DNA of 37,344 nt from a virus. Taxonomy: Duplodnaviria > Caudoviricetes. Numbering within the stretch: the stretch's first letter is position 1; each line of letters opens with the position of its first letter. The translations under genes were made by a program, and so were the position numbers. Under the pieces are notes generated by a model. It was not told the origin of the DNA, did not search any database, and saw nothing but the letters and a program-made list of their open reading frames with translations. Location of the stretch: positions 1 through 37,344 of the IMG/VR virus record IMGVR_UViG_3300011438_000025. One strand, written 5' to 3'. Shown in pieces: positions 9,080 to 16,485 of this stretch.

Positions 9080-9529
9080 TCAGTGCTCCTCATCATCGAA
9101 ATCATGCTCCACGTAACTGAAGCCAATCGCCCAACTTGCTCCGTAATCTCGCCATCGCTCGATTAGCAATTGCCGCAGCACGACCGCAGCCTGGTCCGGC
9201 TTGGGATCGGCCAGGACGCCATCAAATGCAGACTCAAGAAGGAAGCTCACGACATGAAAGCGCAGCGACAAAAAGTAACTGGCGGGCGGTGCGAATACGG
9301 GCAGCGAATACCCTTTTAAGAATTGCTCGACTGCTTGAGCGAGCTGCTCGGCGTGTGGCGCCTCCGCGTCTCGATACGCCGCTACGCGTTTTGGCTCGGA
9401 GTCAGGGAATCTCATTGCAGGCCGCGCAGCATCAGATAAGACGATCAAACGAGGCAGCCACGGCGCTTCTGGCCAGGCCTGCCAGGCTACCGCTCCCCTG
9501 AGCCGATCTGCGATGCGGAGCCAGGTCAT
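9080..9529 (-). CDS. Hypothetical protein
   Basis: C-terminal 149 aa of the track ORF (MTWLRIADRL...). The upstream part overlaps the next gene. Confidence 0.5.
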   Translation of the reverse strand: MTWLRIADRLRGAVAWQAWPEAPWLPRLIVLSDAARPAMRFPDSEPKRVAAYRDAEAPHAEQLAQAVEQFLKGYSLPVFAPPASYFLSLRFHVVSFLLESAFDGVLADPKPDQAAVVLRQLLIERWRDYGASWAIGFSYVEHDFDDEEH

Positions 9530-9584
9530 GGTCCTCAGTGGGCTGGTTTCCCAGCCCACGATTTTAGCCTTTGCCCTTTGGAAC

Positions 9585-9785
9585 TTACTTCGTGCCCTTC
9601 TTGCCGGTGTACGGATTAGTATTACCTTTAGTGCCGTAATTGTTCGCTTTGGACTTGTCGGGCGCGGTCTGCTTGTGAGGCGCAACGTAGGTCCCGTTTT
9701 TCTTGGTGTAGCCCTTGACGTTGCCAGCAAAAGCTGACGACGTGACGGCAACTGCCAGTGCGAATATGATGAGGGTCTTGTTCAT
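9585..9785 (-). CDS. Small secreted basic protein (66 aa)
   Basis: MNKTLIIFALAVAVTSSAFA signal peptide, then VKGYTKKNGTYVAPH...GNTNPYTGKKG, a motif commonly seen in prophage accessory proteins. Confidence 0.8.
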   Translation of the reverse strand: MNKTLIIFALAVAVTSSAFAGNVKGYTKKNGTYVAPHKQTAPDKSKANNYGTKGNTNPYTGKKGTK

Positions 9786-9816
9786 TTTGCTTTTCTCCTG
9801 TTGTGTTTTTTTGTGG

Positions 9817-10350
9817 TTAAGTTCCCCATCCGTTGGAGTTCGGTTTGTCTTCCTTCCTTGAAAAGCTGTGGGCGATTCTCGGCAGGCCCTGTTCCACCAG
9901 CTTGCGCGTATGTTCTTCGATGAGGTCGCTGTTGATGCGAGTCGCAAGCACCGTTTTGTGAATTCTGTGGCCGACGATCCGCACGACGTGGAACAACCCA
10001 CCAAAGCCGAAGAGCAGAATCGCTTGGATCTGGTGGATTGAAGTTGTGCTGAAAACGAGCACGAAAAAACCCACGATCAAGAACAGGAGCGCACCAATAG
10101 ATATCTCGCCTAATGGGCGTTCCGGTCGGCCAACCCATCGTTTTACAGGCAGCGGCGGGGCTGGCTTAGACTGCCACCAGCGTTTCTTGGTTGCTTTGCT
10201 TTGTTTGTCTTGCGGAATGTACAGATGGGTGGTGATTCCGCAATGCGGACACCCAGTGTCAGAGCCCAAACTGTCTTGGTCGAACTCGATGTGTTCTCCA
10301 CAATGGTTGCACGGGCACTTTATGAAGGTTGGTTCTGTGGTGGTGTTCAT
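9817..10350 (-). CDS. Zinc-ribbon membrane protein
   Basis: 177 aa. CNHC...CPHC ribbon and two hydrophobic helices; ATGA overlap with the repressor-like gene. Confidence 0.7.
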   Translation of the reverse strand: MNTTTEPTFIKCPCNHCGEHIEFDQDSLGSDTGCPHCGITTHLYIPQDKQSKATKKRWWQSKPAPPLPVKRWVGRPERPLGEISIGALLFLIVGFFVLVFSTTSIHQIQAILLFGFGGLFHVVRIVGHRIHKTVLATRINSDLIEEHTRKLVEQGLPRIAHSFSRKEDKPNSNGWGT

Positions 10351-10586
10351 TCGTATTTGTCTTTCTTAACGCGGTTGTGTGAGCCGAACGGGTCGTGTCC
10401 TTCCTTTGCGGTTTTCTTGCCGATGACGAACTCGCCGCCCTTGGCCAGATCATTGCGGGCCAAGTTGCAGAGGTAAGCGGATCGGGTAATGCCTAGGTTT
10501 TTGCTTCGTTCATCGATTTTATCGAGCAACTCCTTTTCCAGACTGACCGAAATAGCAGTCTTTCCCGGGCTCCTTTTTGGTTTCAT
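10347..10586 (-). CDS. Ribbon-helix-helix (CopG/Arc-like) regulator in the repressor position
   Basis: MKPKRSPGKTAISVSLEKELLDKIDERSKNLGITRSAYLCNLAR fits the RHH pattern. Start re-assigned to ATG 10586. Confidence 0.8.
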   Translation of the reverse strand: MKPKRSPGKTAISVSLEKELLDKIDERSKNLGITRSAYLCNLARNDLAKGGEFVIGKKTAKEGHDPFGSHNRVKKDKYE

Positions 10587-10604
10587 CACTTCAATTAAAG
10601 CTAA

Positions 10605-10660
10605 ATTGCGGTAATACGCAATAATATTCTTGACCTGTATAGACAGAATAGTACTGTGTC
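10605..10660 (+). promoter_or_regulatory. Divergent control region: sigma70-like promoter and operator-like palindromes
   Basis: AT-rich. TTGACC(10630)-N16-TACTGT(10652) ends 8 nt before ATG 10666. Inverted repeats ATTGCG-N6-CGCAAT (10605-10622) and CTGT-ATAG-ACAG (10635-10646). Confidence 0.55.
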
Positions 10661-10665
10661 CAACA

Positions 10666-10833
10666 ATGAAGACAGGGCACAAAATCAAACAAAGGCGGCT
10701 CACGGTTGTCGCCTCGATCACCATCCCGAATAACTTGCTCACGCAAATCCGGGAGCACGTTAAAAAGCAGGACTTGTCCGTCAGCCAATATTTGCGGCGG
10801 CTTGCGAAAGCGGACTTGGATAACGCGGCCTAA
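10666..10833 (+). CDS. Ribbon-helix-helix regulator in the Cro position
   Basis: MKTGHKIKQRRLTVVASITIPNNLLTQIREHVKKQDLSVSQYLRRLAKADL fits the RHH pattern; divergent from the other RHH gene. Confidence 0.75.
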   Translation: MKTGHKIKQRRLTVVASITIPNNLLTQIREHVKKQDLSVSQYLRRLAKADLDNAA

Positions 10834-10841
10834 AACCCCCA

Positions 10842-11057
10842 ATGGCCACCGAGACGCCATTCTTGAATCTTGAGCAAGCGGCCGCTCGGTTGCAGAAGCC
10901 GCGGCAATACGTCAAGAACCTGGTGGAGGCGGGCGCCATTCCTTTTTTGCGGCTGGGTCCGGATGACCAGGACATCCGCATTCATAACCAGTGCCTGGAT
11001 GACTGGTGTTGGTCCATCACGGAGAAACCCTGGTCCATGCCAGAAATGCAGCCATGA
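10842..11057 (+). CDS. Excisionase-like HTH protein
   Basis: 71 aa. FLNLEQAAARLQKPRQYVKNLVEAGAIPFLRLG...IRI...LDDW is a Xis/HTH_17-like pattern. Confidence 0.75.
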   Translation: MATETPFLNLEQAAARLQKPRQYVKNLVEAGAIPFLRLGPDDQDIRIHNQCLDDWCWSITEKPWSMPEMQP

Positions 11058-11118
11058 GCGAACCACTCCAGGAGCGAAGCAAGCGCTTGGATAGCGCGCC
11101 CAGCTTGGGTGTGACGTT

Positions 11119-11358
11119 ATGAGCCGCGCGGAGGCCCTTATGGTGGTGGTGGTGCACGAGCCGGCGGCGATCTGGTTCGGTAAAGCGCCCTTTGCCCACT
11201 GGAAGCAGCAATGCAAACACTGCGGGATAACCCTGGCGAACAGCTATTCCACCAAGCTGCCCTTGCAACCAGGGCCGGTCTATGAAATCAACGGCAATCT
11301 GACTTTGACGCAACCGAGCGGATTCGTCAGGCCCTGTCAGCAATGGTCGCGAAATTGA
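11119..11358 (+). CDS. Small hypothetical protein
   Basis: 79 aa, co-oriented with the early operon, contains CKHC. Confidence 0.4.
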   Translation: MSRAEALMVVVVHEPAAIWFGKAPFAHWKQQCKHCGITLANSYSTKLPLQPGPVYEINGNLTLTQPSGFVRPCQQWSRN

Positions 11359-11404
11359 AAGCCGTGACCAGGGGCACTTTTTCAACCTTAAAGAGGCCTC
11401 CGGC

Positions 11405-12193
11405 GTGAGCAACAAACTCATGACGGACTACTGGAAAAACGGTCCTTCTTCCCCCACCGATAACATCGTGCTGATCGCCCTGGCAAATTATGCGGACGAG
11501 AAGGGGGTTTGCTGGCCATCGCTCTCCAAGCTGGCCAGCCGAACACGATTTTCGGAGAGAACAGTCCGCTACGCTTTGCGGTCCCTGGAGGAGCAGCGCT
11601 TTATAAGCAGCACTGAGCGCTACGGAAAACACGGTGTTCGGATCTCCAGTCGTTACCAACTGCACCACTCGGAGGAGCTGGATTTATGGGACGAAGGCCA
11701 ACCGGAGAGGCAAAAATTGCCTATGGGGCACGACGCGCCGGGTGAGGGGGCACGGCAGGGGAGGGTGATGGGGCACGACGCGCCGGGAGATGGGGCACGG
11801 CAGGGGAGGGCATTGTACACCCCAGAGTACACTCCATTAGAATCCCCAGTACTTTCTTCAGGTACCCCGTCCGTACGTACGGAGCCCCCGGAAGCCGAAA
11901 CAAAGAAAAGGGGGAATGGGATTCCAGCCACCAGAACCGAAGCAATCGAATGGGCAGCGATGGAGAACGTCCCGGCAGAATTTGCCGGGGAGATATTCGA
12001 CGATCTGGAGGGGGTTAATTGGATCGACTGGCACGACCGGGCAGTCACGAACTGGAGAAGCCATATTCGGTATCGCTGGAGCCGATCCCAGAAAACCAAG
12101 AGCGCTTATGGAAACGGCAAAAAGCATGACGGAAGTCCTGACCGGGATCAATTTACCTACGCTGGCCGGGCACGGCGCAACGGAGGCAATTGA
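11405..12193 (+). CDS. Phage replication initiator (N-terminal winged HTH)
   Basis: VLIALANYADEKGVCWPSLSKLASRTRFSERTVRYALRSLE is an HTH_36-like motif. Has internal repeats and precedes a DnaC-like gene. Confidence 0.85.
   Translation: MSNKLMTDYWKNGPSSPTDNIVLIALANYADEKGVCWPSLSKLASRTRFSERTVRYALRSLEEQRFISSTERYGKHGVRISSRYQLHHSEELDLWDEGQPERQKLPMGHDAPGEGARQGRVMGHDAPGDGARQGRALYTPEYTPLESPVLSSGTPSVRTEPPEAETKKRGNGIPATRTEAIEWAAMENVPAEFAGEIFDDLEGVNWIDWHDRAVTNWRSHIRYRWSRSQKTKSAYGNGKKHDGSPDRDQFTYAGRARRNGGN
11723..11810. repeat. Iteron-like direct repeats (probable replication origin)
   Basis: 45-bp unit ATGGGGCACGACGCGCCGGG..GGGGCACGGCAGGGGAGGG present twice. GGGGCACG at 11725, 11747, 11770, 11792. Confidence 0.75.
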
Positions 12194-12797
12194 GCAAGCG
12201 CAGCCAACCGCGGAGAGGCCACGGCCAGGCTGGAAGGCATTCACCTTCGGCCTGGTCGTGAAGCATCCCGAGGTCAAACACATGGTGGAACAGGCCAAAA
12301 TATTCGTTTGCCGTGCGCTTCGGAATCGGCGCACTGATCCCACGTTGCTCGTGATCACCGGAAATAACGGCAATGGCAAAACGACCGTGGGCAGTGGCTG
12401 TTTTACCTGCTTTGCACAATGGTCCATTGATGCCTATTGCAATGGTTGGTGGCGCACTGATGCCCCAAAGGCGGTCTGCCTAGAGTGGTCGGAATTGGCA
12501 GGGACCAAGCCCGAGGAACGAGATGGGGCGTGGCGAGATTGCATCGAAGCGGACTTCCTGGTGCTGAATGATGTGGGCTCCGAGCCCAATGAGATGAAGA
12601 GCGGAGTTGCCGGAGAGAATCTGAGGTTGATGCTTGAAGCGAGGCTAGGTCGATTCACGATTATCACCATGAATTTTCACCCAGAAGACTGGGTCGGTAA
12701 ATGGGATGCGCGGGTAGAAGATCGCTTGTATAGACGGGCGCAATTGATCGAGCTGCCGACAGCCCCGAGCTGGTGGCGCGCGAAGGGCAAATCATGA
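12108..12797 (+). CDS. DnaC/IstB-like ATPase (helicase loader)
   Basis: Walker A GNNGNGKT, Walker B FLVLNDVG, TIITMN, RVEDRL. Start re-assigned to ATG 12108 (12126 also possible). Confidence 0.85.
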   Translation: METAKSMTEVLTGINLPTLAGHGATEAIEQAQPTAERPRPGWKAFTFGLVVKHPEVKHMVEQAKIFVCRALRNRRTDPTLLVITGNNGNGKTTVGSGCFTCFAQWSIDAYCNGWWRTDAPKAVCLEWSELAGTKPEERDGAWRDCIEADFLVLNDVGSEPNEMKSGVAGENLRLMLEARLGRFTIITMNFHPEDWVGKWDARVEDRLYRRAQLIELPTAPSWWRAKGKS

Positions 12798-13399
12798 GCA
12801 CTGGTATGGCGACCCGGCCCCGGCGACTTGTTAGGCCCATCGCTGTGCTGTGCTGCAAATCGACGAGTCACTATAAGCGCATGGACGGTGTTGAGTGCTA
12901 CGATGCTTCGCGCGACGTGAGCACGTTCGACGGTGGGATGCCAATCGTGGCCCATCCCCCTTGCCGCTCCTGGTCGGCCTTCTGCGCCCATCAGGCAAAG
13001 CCGGTGCCAGGCGAAAAGGAACTCGGGCCGCTGTGCGTGGAATGGTTGCGAAAATGTGGCGGCGTTCTCGAACATCCAGCCCACTCGAGGCTATGGGATG
13101 CCTGCAAGCTCCCGCTTCCTGGCCGGAGCGATGGGGATCTGTGGACGATTGCCGTCTGGCAGTCCTGGTGGGGCTATCCGCTGACAATCAAAAGGACCTG
13201 GCTCTGCTTTCATGGAATCTCCAAGCGCGACATTCACACGCCGCTCACCCTACGCGGGCAAGGTGGCGACAAACGATTGTGGAGCGTCGGTTCGACATCC
13301 TGGCGAGATCGTTCGACTGACGAATTTTGCGCGTGGCTCGTGGAAGCTGCGCGACGGTGTTGGCCGAACGACCGGACTGGCAAATCTAATGAGCACTGA
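12794..13399 (+). CDS. Putative C5 DNA cytosine methyltransferase-like protein
   Basis: IVAHPPCRSWS (PC motif), GGVLEHP, KRTWL. ATGA overlap with the dnaC-like gene. Confidence 0.6.
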   Translation: MSTGMATRPRRLVRPIAVLCCKSTSHYKRMDGVECYDASRDVSTFDGGMPIVAHPPCRSWSAFCAHQAKPVPGEKELGPLCVEWLRKCGGVLEHPAHSRLWDACKLPLPGRSDGDLWTIAVWQSWWGYPLTIKRTWLCFHGISKRDIHTPLTLRGQGGDKRLWSVGSTSWRDRSTDEFCAWLVEAARRCWPNDRTGKSNEH

Positions 13400-13934
13400 G
13401 AATCAACCGGACCGAAAGACAATCGTGGCGGCATTAGTAGAAGTGGCCCGCGCTGCGCACGCTCTCGCGGATAACACGGCAGATGACCATACAATTCCAG
13501 CAATCCCAGAAGGCGCGCTCCTATGCGACTCAGGCGACATGGACAAACTCTCACAAATGTTGGACGTGCTCGGCCAGTGGCCGGATCCACCCGGCGAATG
13601 GGCGACCGGACCAAGAAAGGCCGAACACTGGTATAGCGAGAACGCTGAACAATCTGAGACGCAATCGCCGGGCTCACTGGAGCGCGTCGTTAGCGAAGAA
13701 CGAATATTGCAACTGTCCAACGATCTCAACGAAGGGATCGAAAGCGGCAGCATCAAGGAATGGCGCGCGGTCGCGCTCTACTTTCGCACCGAACTGGATA
13801 AGCTTACTCCTCCCAGGTCGTCTCTCGCCGCGCTGACAATCGCAGAGAAAATGCGGTCTCAAGCAATGCTCGAAATCGCAGCCTGGGTAAAAGCTCAGAG
13901 CGACTCCGAACTCAAAGGCTTCTATGAATCCTGA
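13389..13934 (+). CDS. Hypothetical protein, probably two cassette ORFs fused through a decayed attC
   Basis: Starts MSTENQPDRK. The internal peptide SENAEQSETQSPGSLERVVS is encoded by attC-like arms at 13638-13695. Confidence 0.6.
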   Translation: MSTENQPDRKTIVAALVEVARAAHALADNTADDHTIPAIPEGALLCDSGDMDKLSQMLDVLGQWPDPPGEWATGPRKAEHWYSENAEQSETQSPGSLERVVSEERILQLSNDLNEGIESGSIKEWRAVALYFRTELDKLTPPRSSLAALTIAEKMRSQAMLEIAAWVKAQSDSELKGFYES

Positions 13935-14217
13935 AAACAAAATTGGCCGTCCTCCGCTTCCAAGCGGCGAGTCGGCAGCGGGGCAGGCTGTTGGCTCAAG
14001 CGACTTGTTAGCCTGCCCCTTTTGCGGCGCCATACCCAAAATCTGCGAGATGAGATACATCAACACCGGGCGGCTCTATGGATACAGGCTCAAATGCGGC
14101 ACGTGCGGACTTGGGGTGAAGGAGCAACCCGTGTGCTGGCCGGCTGGGAAAGAAAACGAGGAAATGCTCGAAGCCAAAGTTGCGTTGGTGAAGCGGTGGA
14201 ACACGCGAGCAGGCTAA
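13924..14217 (+). CDS. Lar-like zinc-ribbon protein (restriction-alleviation family)
   Basis: LLACPFCG...CGTCG...KRWNTRA pattern. N-terminus AVGSSDLLA is encoded by an attC arm; stop TAA lies inside GGCTAAC. Confidence 0.75.
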   Translation: MNPENKIGRPPLPSGESAAGQAVGSSDLLACPFCGAIPKICEMRYINTGRLYGYRLKCGTCGLGVKEQPVCWPAGKENEEMLEAKVALVKRWNTRAG

Positions 14218-14350
14218 CGCTCCGGATCAGCGACCGGGCGAGCAAAACCGGAAACTTTTATGAATACAGAAATCATTGAACAAGCAGTCACCGTCACCGT
14301 TGCGACCACCGAGGCTAAGCCCGGTTCGCTGCATCCTTTTCTTGTTCGGG
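14212..14350 (-). other. attC-like site
   Basis: Minus strand reads CCCGAAC-AAGAAAA-GGAT(G)CAGCGA(A)CCGGGC...GCCCGG-TCGCTG-ATCC-GGAGC-GTTAGCC: two extrahelical bases and an unpaired spacer. Confidence 0.8.
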
Positions 14351-14532
14351 CGAATACGAATACTTCAAAATGTATCTCGTGTGCTCGCGACTTTGAATTT
14401 GTGCCGTTGCGGATCGGCGACCTACTGTATGTGGACTCCTCGGGCCGAGAGGTGCGATGCAAAAAGGAAATAGCTCCAACCATCTGTCCCAAGTGTCTGC
14501 GGACCTGTAAATGCAAAGATGGCAGACCATGA
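14260..14532 (+). CDS. Cys-rich hypothetical cassette protein
   Basis: 90 aa, motifs CISC and CPKC. ATG lies in the loop of the 14212-14350 site. Confidence 0.65.
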   Translation: MNTEIIEQAVTVTVATTEAKPGSLHPFLVRANTNTSKCISCARDFEFVPLRIGDLLYVDSSGREVRCKKEIAPTICPKCLRTCKCKDGRP

Positions 14533-14540
14533 AAACCTGA

Positions 14541-14659
14541 GCCCGAACAAGAAAAGGAATGCAGACAACCTGGAGCGAAGCGGAGTGCCCGCGTTTGAAT
14601 CCAATCCACACCTCCCGCCGCTTCACTCCAGGTTATCTACATTCCTTTTCTTGTTAGAC
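14541..14659. repeat. Long attC-like hairpin with 38-bp arms and no bulges
   Basis: AACAAGAAAAGGAATGCAGACAACCTGGAGCGAAGCGG pairs with CCGCTTCACTCCAGGTTATCTACATTCCTTTTCTTGTT, with three mismatches. Confidence 0.8.
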
Positions 14660-14812
14660 GGCAAATGAGCATCGATCACTCAACGCTGCCGAGCATTAGC
14701 AACGGTATCCAGGCCATGAACCTCTACGACCCTCAAGAGCGGCACTCATTGGCTGCACCGCTTGGTTGGAGCGCCCGGCTCTGGCAGAGGTCAAAATAAA
14801 TGAAAACAGTTC

Positions 14813-14840
14813 TTGCAATAGCCAGCGTTGGGTATAGAGT
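14813..14840 (+). promoter_or_regulatory. Sigma70-like promoter inside a cassette (probably leaderless transcript)
   Basis: TTGCAA-N16-TAGAGT with an A-rich upstream tract, ending 6 nt before ATG 14847. Confidence 0.5.
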
Positions 14841-14846
14841 GAAGGC

Positions 14847-15110
14847 ATGAAAACAAACCTGACAAATGCACAGATAAACAAGGCGATGGAATCCGGTGCG
14901 CGTGGCGCGTCTGAATACTTCGATGCCTGCGGCAAGTGGATCAAAGCCAACTGGGAAAACCTCGTGGAACTCCACAAGGCTTTCGAGTCCGAGACGAACA
15001 GCGAAATGGATCGCAGCGTGTTCTGCTCTAAAATGTTCAATGAGACGAAAGAAGGCCGCGCCGCTGCTGAAAAGTATCTGCGCCCGATTCTCAACCTCTC
15101 ACGCAACTAA
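14847..15110 (+). CDS. Hypothetical protein
   Basis: 87 aa ORF directly after the internal promoter. Confidence 0.7.
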   Translation: MKTNLTNAQINKAMESGARGASEYFDACGKWIKANWENLVELHKAFESETNSEMDRSVFCSKMFNETKEGRAAAEKYLRPILNLSRN

Positions 15111-15111
15111 A

Positions 15112-15360
15112 ATGAACTGCCCACACTGCGGAAAACCAATCAACGCGGGCGCGCTGCTCGGAAGCGTCTCGACGCCCGCCAAGACTCGCGCCGCTCGCGC
15201 AAATGCAAAACTCGGTGGCTGGCCGAAAGGAAAGCCACGCAAACCCAAGCGCGCACTCCGGCGCTCCAACGACCCAAGCTCAGCGACCCGGCCCGCTGAT
15301 GAAGAAAATAATCAGCCTGTATCAACGGAACTACGACGGCGATCGCCTAGTAAGAAATGA
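15112..15360 (+). CDS. Small basic protein, putative DNA-binding/antitoxin-like
   Basis: MNCPHCGKPINAGALLGSVSTPAKTRAARANAKLGGWPKGKPRK. Starts 1 nt after the previous stop and reads through the next attC arm (SNDPSSAT). Confidence 0.65.
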   Translation: MNCPHCGKPINAGALLGSVSTPAKTRAARANAKLGGWPKGKPRKPKRALRRSNDPSSATRPADEENNQPVSTELRRRSPSKK

Positions 15361-15877
15361 AATCGTGCCGGGCGCCGAGTGGGTGGCTGCCGGTGAAGGC
15401 GTGGCAACTCGTAAGTACGACGGCACGTGCTGCATGGTGCGCGACGGCAGTCTGTACAAACGTTACGACGCCAAGCAAGGCAAGGCACCTCCGCCAGGAT
15501 TCGAGCCAGCGCAAGACGCCGACTCGACAACTGGACACTGGCCCGGCTGGATGCCGGTCGGTGACGACAGCGGCGACCAGTGGCATCGTGAAGCGTTGAA
15601 CGTGGCCGGCGGACACCTGCACGACGGGACATACGAACTCATCGGGCCGAAAGTGCAAGGCAACCCCGAAGGCCGTCCGACTCACACACTCATCGCGCAT
15701 GGATGCGATGTGCTGGACGCCCCACGGACTTTCGATGGACTGAAAGCGTGGCTGGCGGCTCACAATATCGAAGGCATCGTATGGCATCACCCCGATGGCC
15801 GCATGGTGAAGATCAAGGCGCGCGACTTTGGCATAAAGCGAGTGGGCTCCCCCGCGTTGGCTTCAGCGCATGGTTGA
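15299..15877 (+). CDS. ATP-dependent RNA ligase-like nucleotidyltransferase (DUF5565-like)
   Basis: MKKIISLYQRNY start; motif I TRKYDGT, YELIGPKVQGNP, EGIVWH, MVKIK. Confidence 0.75.
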   Translation: MKKIISLYQRNYDGDRLVRNEIVPGAEWVAAGEGVATRKYDGTCCMVRDGSLYKRYDAKQGKAPPPGFEPAQDADSTTGHWPGWMPVGDDSGDQWHREALNVAGGHLHDGTYELIGPKVQGNPEGRPTHTLIAHGCDVLDAPRTFDGLKAWLAAHNIEGIVWHHPDGRMVKIKARDFGIKRVGSPALASAHG

Positions 15878-15929
15878 ACGACGCGGCGCGCCATGCTTGG
15901 CCTAACGACAGAGATCAGCGACCCGGCCC

Positions 15930-16094
15930 ATGAAAACTGACGAAACGCTCACTCGTGATGAAATCAACTTCCTGCTTTGGTGTGTTGGATTTGCGGAAGG
16001 TCGAGCGCGGACTGAGGAACCGCGTGACAAGTACGTCCGGTCTCATTGTGATGCTGCCCGGAACAAACTGATGTCCATGACTGCCGACGACTAA
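15930..16094 (+). CDS. Small hypothetical protein (54 aa)
   Basis: Below the ORF-track cutoff: MKTDETLTRDEINFLLWCVGFAEGR...MTADD*. ATG follows an attC-like arm directly. Confidence 0.6.
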   Translation: MKTDETLTRDEINFLLWCVGFAEGRARTEEPRDKYVRSHCDAARNKLMSMTADD

Positions 16095-16098
16095 AGCA

Positions 16099-16205
16099 GC
16101 CGAACGACAGAGCTGAGCCACGCGGAACCACACCATGAAAGAAACTGATATCGAAGCGGCAAAGCAAGAGCGCTCGTCCGCGTTGGCTCAAGCGCCTTGT
16201 TCGGC
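16099..16205 (-). other. attC-like site
   Basis: Plus strand reads GCCGAAC-GACAGA-GCT-GAGCCA-CGCGGA...TCCGCG(T)TGGCTC(A)AGC-GCCTT-GTTCGGC. Confidence 0.8.
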
Positions 16206-16428
16206 TGCCTCTACGCTCTCCGGACTTCCTGATGATGCGCTCGAAATTGTGTTGGCTGAATACCGATATTGGAGCCAAGCAACTTCGGTGGAGGTATCAA
16301 TAGGGGCCACGGCAGCGGCGGCTAACATCTATTGCGCCCTTGCGGGCATCCATCGAGCGCCGTGGCATCCCAAATTGGCGGGGGCTGAGCAGTCGAACGA
16401 CCCAAGCTCAGCGACAGCCAGCCAATGA
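16135..16428 (+). CDS. Hypothetical cassette protein
   Basis: 97 aa. ATG in the attC loop; both ALAQAPCSA and the C-terminal SNDPSSAT are encoded by attC arms. Confidence 0.65.
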   Translation: MKETDIEAAKQERSSALAQAPCSAASTLSGLPDDALEIVLAEYRYWSQATSVEVSIGATAAAANIYCALAGIHRAPWHPKLAGAEQSNDPSSATASQ

Positions 16429-16485
16429 AGCCACGACCTGAAACCAAAGCGGACACTGGCTGTTCGCTGGAGCGCATGGTTAGGC
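16392..16485 (-). other. attC-like site
   Basis: Plus strand reads GTCGAAC-GACCCAA-GCT-CAGCGA-CAGCCAG...CTGGCTG(T)TCGCTG(G)AGC-GCATG-GTTAGGC. Confidence 0.85.
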
